A DNA stretch of 64,000 nt from Octopus sinensis (Eukaryota): positions 13,392,001 through 13,456,000 of the forward strand of contig NC_043018.1 of the NCBI RefSeq assembly GCF_006345805.1, in the 5' to 3' direction. The notes beneath the pieces were generated by a model. The model saw only the letters and a program-made list of their open reading frames with translations, made no database searches and was not told the origin of the DNA. Made by a program: the position numbers and the translations under genes. Positions 37,155 through 50,409 of the stretch are shown here, one piece after another. The first letter of the stretch is position 1. Every line of letters begins with the position of its first letter.

Positions 37155-39983
37155 CACTAGTTTTATTTTTATAACGTGCTTTCACTTCACTACCGAGCGC
37201 AGCTCTGTGTGCCTTGGGTATGTGCTGTGATTTGTTGTGATGCTCTGATGGTTATTGTATGGAAAGTGTTCTGCGTAGGATGTATGCAGTGCCTAGTAGT
37301 GCAATTTTCTGTATGTTATATGTGTTTGTAAGTCCTGGTGTTTTTGTTATGTATTTGTCTGAATATTTTTTTATCATGCCTAATGCACCTACTATGATAG
37401 GAATTGTTTCTGTTTTTAGATTCCACATTCTGGTTACCTCCATTTCCAGGTCTTTGTATTTTGAAAGTTTCTCCATTTCTTTTGGAGAAACATTGTCATC
37501 TGCTGGTATTGATACATCAATTAGAAAGCATTTTCTTTTTCTTCATGATCTCTGACAACTATATTTGGTCTGTTGGCCTTAATTTCTCTATCTGTGTGTA
37601 TCGGCATATCCCAGAGTATGGTTGCTTTCTCGTTTTCTGTGACCTTTTCTGGTGTGTGCCTATACCATCTTTTTTCTGTTGTTATTCCATAATGTTGGCA
37701 TAACTTCCAGTGTATGTAGGTTCCAACTCTGTCATGTCTGTGAATATATTCCTTCTTAGCCAGGACTGGGCAGCCAGAGATAATATGATTTATTGTTTCT
37801 TGTCCATCTCCACATATTCTGCAGTTACTTGTTATATTTCTTTTCATTACATGATTTTGGTAATTTCTGGTGGGGAAGCTTTGGTCTTGTGCTGCAATTA
37901 AAAATCCCCCTGTCTCTGCTTTGAGTCCTGAGCTTCTCAACCATTGCTGGGATTTTTCTTTGTCTATTTCTTTTGCATTTAGTTTAGTCCAGAATTTACC
38001 GTGAAGGGGTTTTTCTTGCCATCGTTTTATCATGGTTCTTTGCTGTTCTAGTTTTAGTTTGGATTTCATTTGTTTTATAGCTTTTGTTGTTTCTTCTTCT
38101 TCTTCTTCTCTTCTTCTTTCTTCTTTTTCTTCTTCTTTCTTCTTCTCTTTTCTTCTTCTTCTTCTCTTCTTCTTCTTTCTTCTTCTTCTTCTTCTTCTTC
38201 TTCTCTTCTTCTTTTCTTTATATTTGTTAGGTGGTATGATTTCTTGTTTGTATTTGTCAGCTTCCTTAAATACTGAGAACAGTTTTGTTTTGCTCGTGTT
38301 TTGCCGCTATTTGTATCAGTTTCCTTCCTTCTGAAGTAGATATTTTTGCAGTCCTATGGTGGTTATTTTATAGTAGTTTTCCAGCTGTATAAGGCCTCTA
38401 CCACCTTCTATACGTTGTATATATAGTCTTTCTATGTCAGATTTTGGGTGATGCATCTAGACCCTGTCATTATTTTTCTATTTTGGTCAGTTCATTAGTG
38501 TCCAGTTAAGGATATTGTAGCTGTAACTTATAACTGGGACAGCTAAAGTGTTAATACCTATTATCTTTTTTTAGCATTGAGCTCTGTTTTTAGTATTGAT
38601 CTAACTCGTCTATAATATTCTTTTTTTATTTTTCATTTGTTTTTTGTGTGTAGTGTCTTATCTAGTTCATGGATTCCTAAGTATTTGTAAGTTTGGCTTT
38701 GGTCTAATTCTTTTATTTCATTGGTTTTATCTAGTGTGATGTTGCTACTCTTAACTAGTTTCCTCCTCTTTTCATGGTTACTTTGGCGCATTTTTCTAAT
38801 CAAAATTTCATATCTATTTCTTTGGTAAATCCATGAACTGTCTTTAATAGTGTTTCCAGCTGTTTGTCATTTGCAGCGTATAGTTTTAGGTCATCCATAT
38901 AAAAGGTGGCTGATCGTTTTGCCGGCCGTAACATTTATATCCGCATCCAGTTCTATTTAGCATATCAGATAGAGGTGACAGTGCCAAGCAGAAAAGGAGT
39001 GGAGAGAGCGTGTCTCCCTGGAATATTCCTCTTCTAATGTGGATGGCTTTGGTTTTCATGAGTCCCTCTTTTGTTTGGAGCTGTGTAGCATGTTTGCCAT
39101 TTATTCATAGAGTGCCCAATGAATTTTATAATTGTTGGTGCTACTTTGTTAATGGCTAGTGTTTCGAGGATCCATGTGTGGGGGATGCTATCAAACGCCT
39201 TTTTGTAGTCGATCCAGGCCATACTGAGGCCTTTCTTCTTTCTGTGGCTGTCTTCAGTTATGGCTTTATTGATCATTAGTTGATCTTTACAGCCGTATGA
39301 GCCTTTGCGGCATCCTTTCTGCTCTTCTGGAAACAGGTTGTTTTCCAGGTGCTTGTTCAACCTTTGCGATATCACTGCAGTAAATGCCTTGTACATCGTA
39401 GGGAGACAGGTTATTGGTCTGTAGTTTTCTGGTTTTGCTGTCTCATTTGATTGGGAATTAGATGGTTTTCCCCTTCGTGAGCCATTCATGCATTGTTTCT
39501 GGCTCTGCTAGTATGTTGTTAAAATTTTCAGCCAGCTTTTTGTGCATTCCTGTTAGATATTTCAACCAGAAGTTGGGGATCTTGTCATGCCCGGTGCCTT
39601 CCAGTTGCTTAGTCTTTGCAGTGCTGGGTTCCCTCTTCAGTTGTTATGGGGGTCCAAAGTTGCTCAGATGCTGAGTTTGTTATTTTAATACTCCTTTTTT
39701 TTGGTTGTTCGTTCCGACCATATTTCTCTCCAGAATTCTTCCACTTCTTCTGCCGTTGGTGCTGCAGTGATTTCTATTTATTTTTGCCAAGTTCTTGGTA
39801 GAACTTTTTGGGGTTGGAGTTGAACTTTTTGTTTTGTTCAAAGAAGCGCTGGCGTTTCTCGTACCGGCGGATCCTTTGTGCTTTGGCAAGGATATCTTGC
39901 TTTAGCTTTTCTTTTATCTCAGGTAAATTTTTTTGTGTGATGTTGTATTTGCGGAGTATTTTTGTTTTCTTTTTGTTGCTCAG
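37155..39983 (-). mobile_element. 5'-truncated R4/Dong-clade (RLE-type) non-LTR retrotransposon, family A, frameshifted
   Basis: Pre-RT KAQRIRRYEKR..QNKKF; RT PENYRPITCL..EEQKG..WIDYKKAFDS and YMDDLKL near 38900; CCHC CRICG..HIISGC; C-terminal KYKDL..GALG; flanked by (TAA)n. Confidence 0.88.
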
Positions 39984-40086
39984 TATTATTATTATTATCA
40001 TTATTATTATTATTATTATTATTGTTGTTGTTGTTGTTGTTGTTGTTGTTATTATTATCATCATCATTATTATTATTATTATTATT

Positions 40087-40939
40087 CTATGTTTGACTTT
40101 TGCTTTATGTCTGTACAAGTTGGCTCCAAGTCCCACCCAGAGACCTCAAGAGACAACAGGTTGGAAGTTCTGTGCCATATATTTGGGTTTTTTTTTTTTT
40201 TGGTGTTGTACTAGTGAATGTCTAATACATAAAAATAAAAAAAAAAAAATAAATTTTTAAAAAAATTAAAAAATAAAAAAAAAATTAAAATAAATAAACA
40301 AAAAAGTTTGTTTTAAACCTTGGAATTACATAGAGAGTATTTTGCGTAGGATAATACTTGGGATTACATAGAGAGTATTTTGCGTAGGATATGAGCAGTT
40401 CCCATGAGCACTATCTTTTGAATTTCTGCCATTTTGGGGTTTCCTGGTATCTGAGTTAGGTAGCAATCAGTCCCTTTCGCTATCATTCCCAGGGCACCTA
40501 TGACAACAGGTATTGTTTTAGTCTTCAGCTTCCACATTTTGCTGATTTCTATTTCAAGATCTTTATACTTGCTCAGTTTTTGGTAGGTCTTGACAGATAC
40601 GTTTATATCGATTGGGACAGTCATATCAATGAGGAGGCATGTTCTTTGTCTGAAGTCTTTCAATATAATGTCTGGCCTATTTGCATCTATCTTCCTGTCA
40701 GTTTGAATGGTGAAGTTCCAGAGGAGTGAGATGTGGTCATTTTCAAGCACAGGAGGTGGATTGTGTTCCCACCAGTTTTTTTCATGGGGTAAATCCAGGT
40801 TTTTGCAAATTACCCAGTGAATATATTGTGCAGCTCTATCATGCCTACTGAGGTACTCTGTAGGCGCTAGAAGACTGCATTTGGAGACAACATGGTCAAT
40901 GGTTTCATTTTGTTGTCGGCATACACGACATGTTGGGCT
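40087..40939 (-). mobile_element. R4/Dong-clade element 3' fragment, family B
   Basis: CRVC..H....C knuckle, RPDIILKD..LIDMTVP (PD..D nuclease), KYKDLEIE, 3' UTR; (TAA)n on both sides. Confidence 0.85.
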
Positions 40940-40962
40940 TATTATTATTATTATTATTATTA

Positions 40963-40999
<37 letters not shown>

Positions 41000-41000
<1 letters not shown>

Positions 41001-41256
41001 TATGTTTGACTTTTGCTTTATATTTGTACAAGTTGGTTCCAAGTCTCACCCAGAGACCTCAAGAGACAACAGGTTGGAAGTTCATGTTGTTATGCCTAGT
41101 GTGCCATATATTTGGGGGGGGGGTTTGGTGTTGTACTAATGAATGTCTAAAGAAAAATTTTTTTAACCGAAAATTATGTTTGTTTTAAACCTTGAGATTA
41201 CATAGAAAGTATTTTGCGTAGGATATGAGCAGTTCCCATGAGCACTATCTTTTGAA
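41000..41256 (-). mobile_element. R4/Dong family B, short 3' end
   Basis: Same last codons and 3' UTR as 40087-40939; (TAA)n on both sides. Confidence 0.8.
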
Positions 41257-41466
41257 TTATTATTATTATTATTATTATTGTTATTATTATTGTTATTATT
41301 ACTATTATTAATAATAATAGTAATAATTAAATATTATATGTGTACTCATGGATATGGATGTATATGTACGCTCCAGTATATATAATTAATTGTCTATATA
41401 CTTGTATGTATGTATAATTATGTCTATTTATATATTCATGTACACGCATATATGTATATATGTGTT

Positions 41467-41502
<36 letters not shown>

Positions 41503-41607
41503 GCGAGGATGATCCGGTTCTTGACTGAAGTTTGAAGGCTTCGAATGTCCCGTCCGTGTTTTTTGTATCGTCTTCTAAATGTTTTGCGTTCTTGTCCCAG
41601 TTTGTAT

Positions 41608-41661
<54 letters not shown>

Positions 41662-41681
41662 TAAATTGTGCGTGTATCTTG

Positions 41682-41767
<86 letters not shown>

Positions 41768-41807
41768 ATCAAATGAAATAAATGAAAAACAGGACACAAA
41801 GGATGTT

Positions 41808-41900
41808 GCGGTACATATGTTTCGGGCTTTATAGAACACCTTATTCTTACATCAATGCATAATCGACATAACAGATAGTTCAAAAGCCTTCTTCAGCCGC
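41808..41900 (-). ncRNA. Hammerhead family H1, diverged copy
   Basis: Minus strand GCGG-CTGAAGA-A-GGCTTT-T-GAAC...GTTC-TAT-AAAGCC-C-GAAA-CATATG-TA^CCGC. Confidence 0.75.
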
Positions 41901-42548
41901 GTGCAATTGCTACACCAAAGACTTGTATCACATTATAAAAGGTTTGAGAAAAAAACATTTGGTATTGTTCATAATGGTAGGTAAATCGAGTATCATTGGG
42001 AAAGTATGATTGTAAATCTTCATAGGCGTACATGGTATTATTAGACTCCAAAACAAATCGTCCATACCGTTTTTTCTATTTCGAGTGAAAATAAGTAAAT
42101 ATTTACTTATTTAAATGCTTTTTCCTGAATAATTTACCAGATATTCAGTAGTTTATGCTTTATTTATTTGTATATTTTCTCTCAGAAATTTGCTTTCCAT
42201 TTCATTGTAACCTCATCTACAATTCTTACCTCAAGAAAATTTCTTGTTATGTCTAAGGAATATTTGTTGGTATAAATGATAGTATTATAGCATCCTTCGG
42301 GGTGTGGAGCAGTTAAAAAAACAATATGGATTTTACATATAGAGAGAACTGGTCTCTGAGTTTTCTTGAATTTTTGTCCATTCCCAGTGAATTAAAAATT
42401 CTTGACAAAGCCGGTGTATATTAAAGCAATAACATCTCCATACAGGTTACTCTGTCGTCTGCTGAAAGCGACGCCATAAGACTAAACTCCTTATGAGCGA
42501 GAAACCCAGGGTAAGCCCATAAACAGGCCTACCCCAATATTATATATA

Positions 42549-42587
<39 letters not shown>

Positions 42588-42907
42588 TACACACACACAC
42601 ACACTTATGTACATACATACATACATATGCAAGTTGCTAATAGGGTCGTATAATTCGGTCTTTTTTACGGGGTTTGACTGTTTGTGGTCACCAGGATAAC
42701 AATAAAAAATGAGTGAAAATTTGGATGAGAGCGAACTCGTTGTTTTCGTTTCATCATACGAGTGTATTTTTAATTCATATCTGACACGACAGTCCGATAG
42801 GGAACTCCCAGAAAAAAAGTGGTAGAAAGTTCTTTTCATACAGTGATTTGCCTGTGGATAGGTTTCGTAGTTACTTACACGAGAAGGAGAGGAAGAGAGA
42901 GAGAGAG

Positions 42908-42991
<84 letters not shown>

Positions 42992-43997
42992 GGTGGTGGT
43001 GAAATGAGTGAATGAACATGATTGTTCTCTGCCATAATATAGTTTTTGAGTTGCTTCAGATCCCCTTTTATATTGCTTATCTCGTAGGCAAATCAAGATT
43101 TTGTATAAAGCCTGATATGAATGCATGAGGGAAACTGCTTCTTTCAGCTCTCCTCTCACCTCATTCAGAGGCTGGCTGATCGCCGTCATGCATAGATCTT
43201 TTAAAAGTACTTTCGTGGAATTTACTCGTCAGATTTTATGCTGACGTCATTCAGTGATTTCAAAAAAGAAAATAGTGGCCATTTTTTTAATGACGTTTCC
43301 AAAATTTTCCTGAACCTGCTTCCACATGCACACACACACATAGGTACATATGAATTTACAAGTAGCTCTCATAATTATAAATTTTCGTAAAGCATTTGAA
43401 AACATCGATTGGAACAAGATGATGGAATTCTAGAAGCACTGGAATGCTATCTAAACTTATATGGTCAATAGCGTACATGTATGATAATTGCACTGCAAAA
43501 ACAAAGTTTACAGTTGGCGACACAGAGATTTCGAGAAACTAGCCAGAGTTTTACAGGTGAGAGTTTTACAGGTGAGTTTTACAGGTGAGATACTGACTAT
43601 GCTATAAGTACTGCCGTCGAAGGATATGAAAATCTAGGAGTGTTTCTGAAATCAAAAACCTGTCGAAAATATTTAGTCATCACCATCACAGAATCAGACA
43701 ACATAGATCCGATGCACTTGGAAAAGCAACGACGCAAAATCACTGAATCGACAGAGTTGTCAATGAATGCGAGACACGCATTAATGAAAACCAAATTTAT
43801 GTTTTACAACACTCAAGTAGAATTGAAGATATTGAATAATGAAAAATTAATATATAAAAGCAAAATATGTTTTGCTTTTATATATTAATTTTTTTGCAAA
43901 TTCCACAACATCGAGTGGTAACTTTGAGGCTGTATTGGTATCTGTAATATTTTCGTTGGTTATCATGTTTTTTTTTTTATATCCATAGAGTACATAC

Positions 43998-44215
43998 TCA
44001 ATGAGTCCTTCTTCTGTTTCTGAGACTGTCAGCTGATTGTTTGAAACAGAATTCTCTAGTATGTCCCAACAAGTTCCCGAGAGTTCGTGCGCCGGTGTTT
44101 TCCGACGGCGTAAATAAAACTAAAACGGCTTCTGGTAATGATTGGTCTTGGTTGCACCACGAAACTGTCGGGGTTACTTAATAATAAATGCATACAATCA
44201 TTGAAATTAGGGTTA
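43998..44215 (-). promoter_or_regulatory. Possible non-coding first exon / promoter-proximal region of CHS
   Basis: Non-repetitive, relatively CpG-rich patch ending in a GA|GTATGT donor-like site at 43997. No other support. Confidence 0.2.
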
Positions 44216-44538
44216 GGAAAACAAACAAACAAAAACAATTACTTACTTTATAATTCTTGAGACTTATTCTTTCTCGAATTTGGTCAACAAAATCCTTTTA
44301 TCATAGTAAGTGTGTTCTTTATCCGAAAGAAAACCCTTTTTCTCTCTTCGAAACTTTGACAGTGTCCCAGCAGCCCTTTCTCCCCTTTCTCTTTCCCTTC
44401 TTCTCTTTCACTCTCCTTCTATCTCTTTCTCTCCCTTTCCCTTTCTTTCTCTTCCAATCCGTCATGCACCCACAACCTCTCTTACATGTTCTGCTCCTAC
44501 TTTGCCACTGAATACAAAATGTACTGTAAAGTTTCTTA

Positions 44539-44638
44539 NNNNNNNNNNNNNNNNNNNNNNNNNNNNNNNNNNNNNNNNNNNNNNNNNNNNNNNNNNNNNN
44601 NNNNNNNNNNNNNNNNNNNNNNNNNNNNNNNNNNNNNN
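44539..44638. other. Assembly gap (100 N)
   Basis: Run of exactly 100 N. Confidence 1.
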
Positions 44639-44879
44639 AAATTTAGCCCGAAGGCCCTGCATTTAGAATATTGTGCTGTGAAACTTGTACTTTTCCCATT
44701 TGCTATCTCTTGAGTGCTGCTCTATTCATTCAGCTGTTGTACGTAGGTGGAAATGCAATTGTTCGTCGTTCGTAAGAATGCATGAAAACCCATGCAATAT
44801 TAGTACGGCCATCTTGCACGATACATTCGTCTCATTAAATACTGTTATTCATCAATAACTCTTTGACAAACCTAATATA

Positions 44880-44906
44880 GCACAACACACAGACACTATA
44901 TATATA

Positions 44907-44963
<57 letters not shown>

Positions 44964-45350
44964 ATGTGTGTGTGTATGTGTGTGTGTATGTATGTGTGTG
45001 TTTGTTTGTGTGTGTGTTTGTGTGTGTATGTGTGTGTGCGTATGTGTGTGTTTGTGTGTGTATGTGTGTGTATGTGTGTGTGTGTGTGTATGTGTTTGTG
45101 TGTGTTTGTGTGTGTGTATGTGTGTGTGTATGTGTATGTGTGTGTTTGTGTGTGTGTGTATGTATGTGTGTGTATGTGTGTGTGTGTGTTTGTGTGTGTG
45201 TTTGTGTGTTTGCGTGTGTGTGTGTGTATGTGTGTGTGTTTGCGTGTGTGTGTGTGTATGTGTGTGTGTTTGTGTGTGTGTGTGTTTGTGTGCATGTGTG
45301 TGTGTTTGCGTGTGTGTGTGTGTATGTGTGTGTGTATGTGTGTGTGTGTG
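44880..45350. repeat. Degenerate (TG)n array
   Basis: Direct inspection. Confidence 0.95.
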
Positions 45351-46719
45351 CCTATAGAGAAACCAATCTTGCCCTTGATCATTTTCAGGTCCTTAAAAGT
45401 AAGTTGCTAAGTTATGGTAGTGTCTGTTCTATCGACAATCTGCTCTCAATAATCAAGTGTTACAAACATGAAATAATGGACGACAGGACAGAAGCCTTTT
45501 CTCGGGATGCAATCTCCCTGTTCGAAGTTATTAGTAACCTTTCTCAAGCTTATAAAGTGCGATTTTCTCAAGTGAAGCATGACTTCAACGCGCCTCGAAT
45601 CGAACCGAAGTCCATCTCGTCTCATCTCGGCCCGTCTCACTTCGCACCGCTTTCAGTTTGCCGTCTGAACCAAACAATACCGTAAGCTCACAATAGGCGT
45701 CCATACACACACTCATTACCGACTCGATACCGATTGTTCTACCCGACCAATGTCTGCCTTAATTACATCCGGAGCCGTCTATGCGACGTTAATGCAAATT
45801 AAAAAATCGTATAGACCGACTCCAACTACCCACTTCCATGTGTGCGTGCGTGTGTGTGTGTGTGTATGTGCGTGTGTTTGTGTATGTGTGTGTGTATGTA
45901 TGCATTTACGTATGCATATGTATGTGTAGAAATATGCATATATCTACATACACACACATACATACGCACACATATACACACACACACGTGAGTATTACAC
46001 ACACACGTGAGTATTACACACACACACACGTGAGTATTACACACACACACACACACGTGAGTATTACACATACACACACACACACAAAATATATATGCAT
46101 GTATGTATTAATTTCGCCTTGTTTTTCCATGGTCATTTCTTATCAAGAGAAATCGAGCGAAACGTATTCGGACGAAACATTATGTCATGAGACTTAGCAC
46201 GTCACAGATACGAAATCTTGCTTAAATATCTGATGCTCACCCAAGTGTTACTGGTGCTTTCTACAGAACTGTATTAAGGAAAAGATCCACTCCTTCTACA
46301 AAAGTAAGTATTATAGTTACCGTTGCTTATTATTCGGGTTATTATCGTTGCTTATTACTGATGGTTATTGTGGTCATTATTTTTTGCGCATTGTAAAGAA
46401 AAATTGTGAACTTCGACGCGTACGTTCTACAAGTACACACGCGCACAGACAGAGATTCATTCATACATATATAAATACATACACACATATATAGTTACAG
46501 CCGAAATTGCTAAGATGATCCGGTTCCGACTGAAGATTAGAGGCTTCGAGTGACCCGTCTGTTTTTTTTTTGCGTCGTCTCTTTGTGTGTTTTTGCGTTC
46601 TTACCCCACTTTGTAAATTATATTTTATATTTAATTTCTATACATATATTATTGCGGCGTAACGTACCCCTACCTCCTATGTATATATATATATATATAT
46701 ATACACACAAACATATATA

Positions 46720-46996
46720 CGTATATTCAGAAGTGGTTATTGGAGAATATATACGACGTCACTTGGCCCCAATTTCTGGCCTCCTAATTCTTCCGATTGC
46801 AATCTCCATGGTTACTATGTGGGTCACAGTTGAGAAAGACATTAACTGCTCTCTCTGCTGCACAAAGGCCAAGCTGGTGGCCAAAATCGAGGGCGTGGTC
46901 GAAAATGTTCCTCGGGAGACATTGAGGAACATACGCGTCAGAATCTGGAGCAGTCTTGAGGCCGCGATGGAAGCTGAGGGTGACAACGTTGAATAA
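46720..46996 (+). pseudogene. IS630-Tc1-mariner transposase C-terminal fragment
   Basis: FWPPNSSDCN..YYV..VEKD...KLVAKI...RLE-like C-terminus (WSSLEAAMEAEG.NVE*). Confidence 0.7.
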
Positions 46997-47413
46997 ACTA
47001 TTTTATCCCAACCATAATCTAGTTGAAGTGGAGGCGCAATGGCCCAATGGTTAGGGCAGCGGCCTCGATGTTTCGATTCCCAGATCGGGCGTTGTGAGTG
47101 TTTATTGACCGAAAACACCTGAAGCGCCACGAGGCTCCGCCAGGGTATATAATGGTGGATCTTGCTGTACTCTTTCATCCCAACTTTCTCTCACTCTTTC
47201 TTCCCGTTTCAGCTGTATCTGAATTTCAAAGGGCCAGCCTTGTCACAATCTGTGTCACGCTGAATCTTCCCGAGAACTACGTTAAGGGTACACGTGTCTG
47301 TAGAGTGCTCAGCCAATTGCACGTTAATTACACGAGCAGATCAACTGGAACCCTCGTCGTTGTATCCGACGGAATGCCACGACAATCTAGTTGATATTTT
47401 TTGATTTTTAAAA

Positions 47414-47983
47414 TATTGGGTTGTCCGGAAAGTTCGTGCTGATTTTTATAGGAAAGAAAAAGGTCAATAAATACTTGCCATTGCATTTTTAATCAACCAA
47501 ATATGAACCATTTTGTTGCACAATGCGTCGCCACTTTCCCTTTAACTTGAAAATACCTTCTTCCCAGAACTAAGGTGGTTTCATGGCAAAGAATTCATCA
47601 AGGTATCTCTTTACGTCATCTAAGGAATTGAAATTTTTACCATTAAGACTATTCTGCAGGGACCTGAATAAGTAAAAATCTCAAGGAGCAATATCTGGTG
47701 AATATGGAGAGTGGGGTAACACATCCCATCCGAGCTGCAGCAATTTTTGTCAGGTTCCCAAAGCATCAAGTGCCGGAAATGAACTTTCTCATCTTCCATT
47801 TTAAATGGTTACAGAATTAACACAGGTTATAGGAACATAAACCTTCTTCCACGGAAAGATAGCTTAAACTGTGCTCCAAATGGAGGTGTAGTCAAATCCT
47901 ATTTTATGGACTCAACCACGTTCTAAAATAAGTCGAAAGGTAAGCTACTATAAATCGGCACAAACTTTCTGGACAACCTAATA
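47414..47983 (-). mobile_element. Non-autonomous mariner deletion derivative with both TIRs and TA ends
   Basis: TA-TTGGGTTGTCCGGAAAGTTCGTGCTGATTT...AAATCGGCACAAACTTTCTGGACAACCTAA-TA; the interior matches 61553-62588 minus about 550 bp. Confidence 0.9.
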
Positions 47984-48344
47984 CATATATTTTTGGATAG
48001 GATATTGATTTCTTTTCCTCTTATGCCAATTGTCAAATTTCGACCGAACACTCAGTATGCGTACGTACGCACGTACGTACGTACATACATACATACAAAC
48101 ATACATACATACATACATACATACGACGGGCTTCTTTCAGTTTCCATCTACCAAATCCATTCACAAGGCTTTGGTTGGCCCGAGGCTATAGTAGAATACA
48201 CTTGCAAGCTACTTACCACGCAGCTATACATACATACATACATACACACATACATACACACATACATACACACACACACACATACATACATATATTCATA
48301 CATACATACATACATACATACATACATACATACATACATACATA

Positions 48345-48690
48345 AAGGGTAAAGACCCCCTTCGGTCATGAGTGACCATGGGTTTGCACCTAGAGAGTTA
48401 CCCTCTGAGGCACAAGTCTGGGCAAGGTTGTTTTATGGAAGACCAGTAGTCGCCCATGCATACCGGCCTCCCCTCTCCACGCCACCAGTGTTATCCAAGG
48501 GAAAGACAAAGGTCGATACAGCTTGGCACCTGTGACGTCGCAACCCATTTCTACAGCTGAGTGAACTCGAGCAACGTGAAATAAAGTGTCTTGCTCAAGA
48601 ACACAACACGCAGCCCGGTCCGGGATTCGAGCTCACAACCTCACAATCGTAAGCTCGACGCTCTAACCACTGAGCCATGCGCCTTCACAT
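48345..48690 (-). mobile_element. Meta-SINE-like element (also about 35080-35310)
   Basis: Minus-strand head GGCGCATGGCTCAGTGGTTAGAGCG...CGAATCCCGG followed by GTTGTGTTCTTGAGCAAGACACTT...CACTCAGCTG. Confidence 0.7.
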
Positions 48691-48895
48691 ACATACATAC
48701 ATACATACATACATACACACATATAGGCGTAGGCGTGGCTGTGTGGTAAAACATTTGCTTCTCAACCGCAATTTGCTTCGAGGTTCAGTTCCACAGTGTG
48801 GTACCGTGGGCAAATGTTTTCTCCCATGACCTCAAATCGACAAAAGCATTGCGAGTGGATTTTGCACGCGGGAACCCAAAGAAACCCGTCGTGTA

Positions 48896-49033
<138 letters not shown>

Positions 49034-49463
49034 CGCACGCATACATACGAGAGAGTACTGAAAGGTTCAGTTCTTGGCTTCAAGTGTGTTGTGAAAAGCT
49101 TGGTTGTAGGTTCAATGAGTGTGTGAATCAGAGAGGCGAATATGTTGAATAAATCATGATTAACCGATCTTCTTGTATTTTCTTTTACCCAGAGCTAGGA
49201 ACTTTTAGGCACACCCTCCTGTGTGTGTGTGTGTGTGTGTGTGTCACCTCGTGTGTACCCTTTTCAAAATGTGACCACGTGTGTATCGTTGGCGATTCCC
49301 CCCCCTTGTCTTCTTTTCTCTGGATCTTTCCTTCTATGTTTCCGACGAAGAGCTCCGCTCGAAACGTTAAGCCCTCCTTCTTTCCTTCTTTCCTGAGCGT
49401 CCAAATACTAATTTGTTCCACGTCCTCGCGGTGTTGTGTTTTTTTTTGCTTTCTTGTTTGGAT

Positions 49464-49512
<49 letters not shown>

Positions 49513-49619
49513 TATTATATATATATATGTATGTATGTATGTATGTATATACGAGCAACAAACGCCCCGCGTCCAATGGAAGGTGCTGAGTTGTCAAACA
49601 TTTAAACCAAATTTTCTCA

Positions 49620-49935
49620 AAACAACTTGTTCGACTGTCCCATAGGCCTCCCCTTTGAGAAACACTGATTTAACCTAAACTTCAGACACCAGCAAAAGAA
49701 GAAGTAAAGATAGACTTTTTTCTATTCTAAGAAAAACGATTTTACAAATGCACGTTCCCACGGCTTTATCGATCGCATTCTCACCTGAAATCGATTTTTG
49801 TAATTTTTTCAAGACTTATACACGCCCTGATACCGTCGGTATCTACATATCAAATTTGAGCGCAATCGGATGGCGGATGCCCGAGATCCTAGAAGACACA
49901 CAGACAGATAGACAAAACAGATTTTATATATATAT
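49620..49935 (+). mobile_element. Possible non-autonomous Helitron/Helentron-like element (similar end at about 36400-36580)
   Basis: CAAATTTGAGCGCAATCGG...ACAGACAGA...TTTTATATATA ending resembles rolling-circle MITE 3' ends; pattern recognition only. Confidence 0.35.
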
Positions 49936-49936
49936 A

Positions 49937-49976
<40 letters not shown>

Positions 49977-50206
49977 TATATATGAAATGAAACGCTACTG
50001 GTGATGAAAATAATATTCTTTTGTACTCTAAGCACAAGGCCCGAAAGTTTGGGGGAGGGGGTCCAGTCGATTAGATCGACCCCAGTACGCAACTGGTACT
50101 TAATTTATCGACCCCGAAAGGATGAAAGGCAAAGTCAACCCCGGCGGAATTTCAACTCAGATCGTAAAGACAGATGAAACGAGGAAAAGAACATTAAGAT
50201 TCAAAT

Positions 50207-50368
50207 ACAGGAGTGGCTCTGTGGTAAGTAGCTTGCTAACCAACCACATGGTTCCAGGTTCAGTCCCACTGCGTGGCATCTTGGGCAAGTGTCTTCTGCT
50301 ATGGTCCCGGGCCGACCAATGCCTTGTGAGTGGATTTGGTAGACGGAAACTGGAAGAAGCCTGTCGTA

Positions 50369-50409
<41 letters not shown>

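Noticed and set aside
41511-41560. GACTGAAG...GGCTTCGAATGTCCCGTC family (also about 46520 and 61360-61420)
   Set aside because: GAAT or GAGT replaces GAAA and stem III is absent; not a supportable hammerhead.
43195-43240. Minus-strand CTGACGA-GT...AC-GAAA-GTAC-TT motif
   Set aside because: Stem II is only 2 bp, the triplet is CUU, and stem I does not pair.
44257-44713. ORFs spanning the N run
   Set aside because: Artefacts of the assembly gap.
45389-45398. Plus-strand TTTTCAG-10 nt-GTAAGT micro-exon-like site
   Set aside because: No plus-strand gene context; likely chance.
48600-48690. tRNA-like sequences with A and B boxes (also at other SINE heads)
   Set aside because: They continue into SINE bodies and lack a full cloverleaf; not tRNA genes.
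49335-49375. CCGACGA-A-GAGC-TCC-GCTC-GAAACGTTA hammerhead-like motif
   Set aside because: U4C in the core and an ambiguous or weak cleavage triplet; at best a degenerate PLE end.
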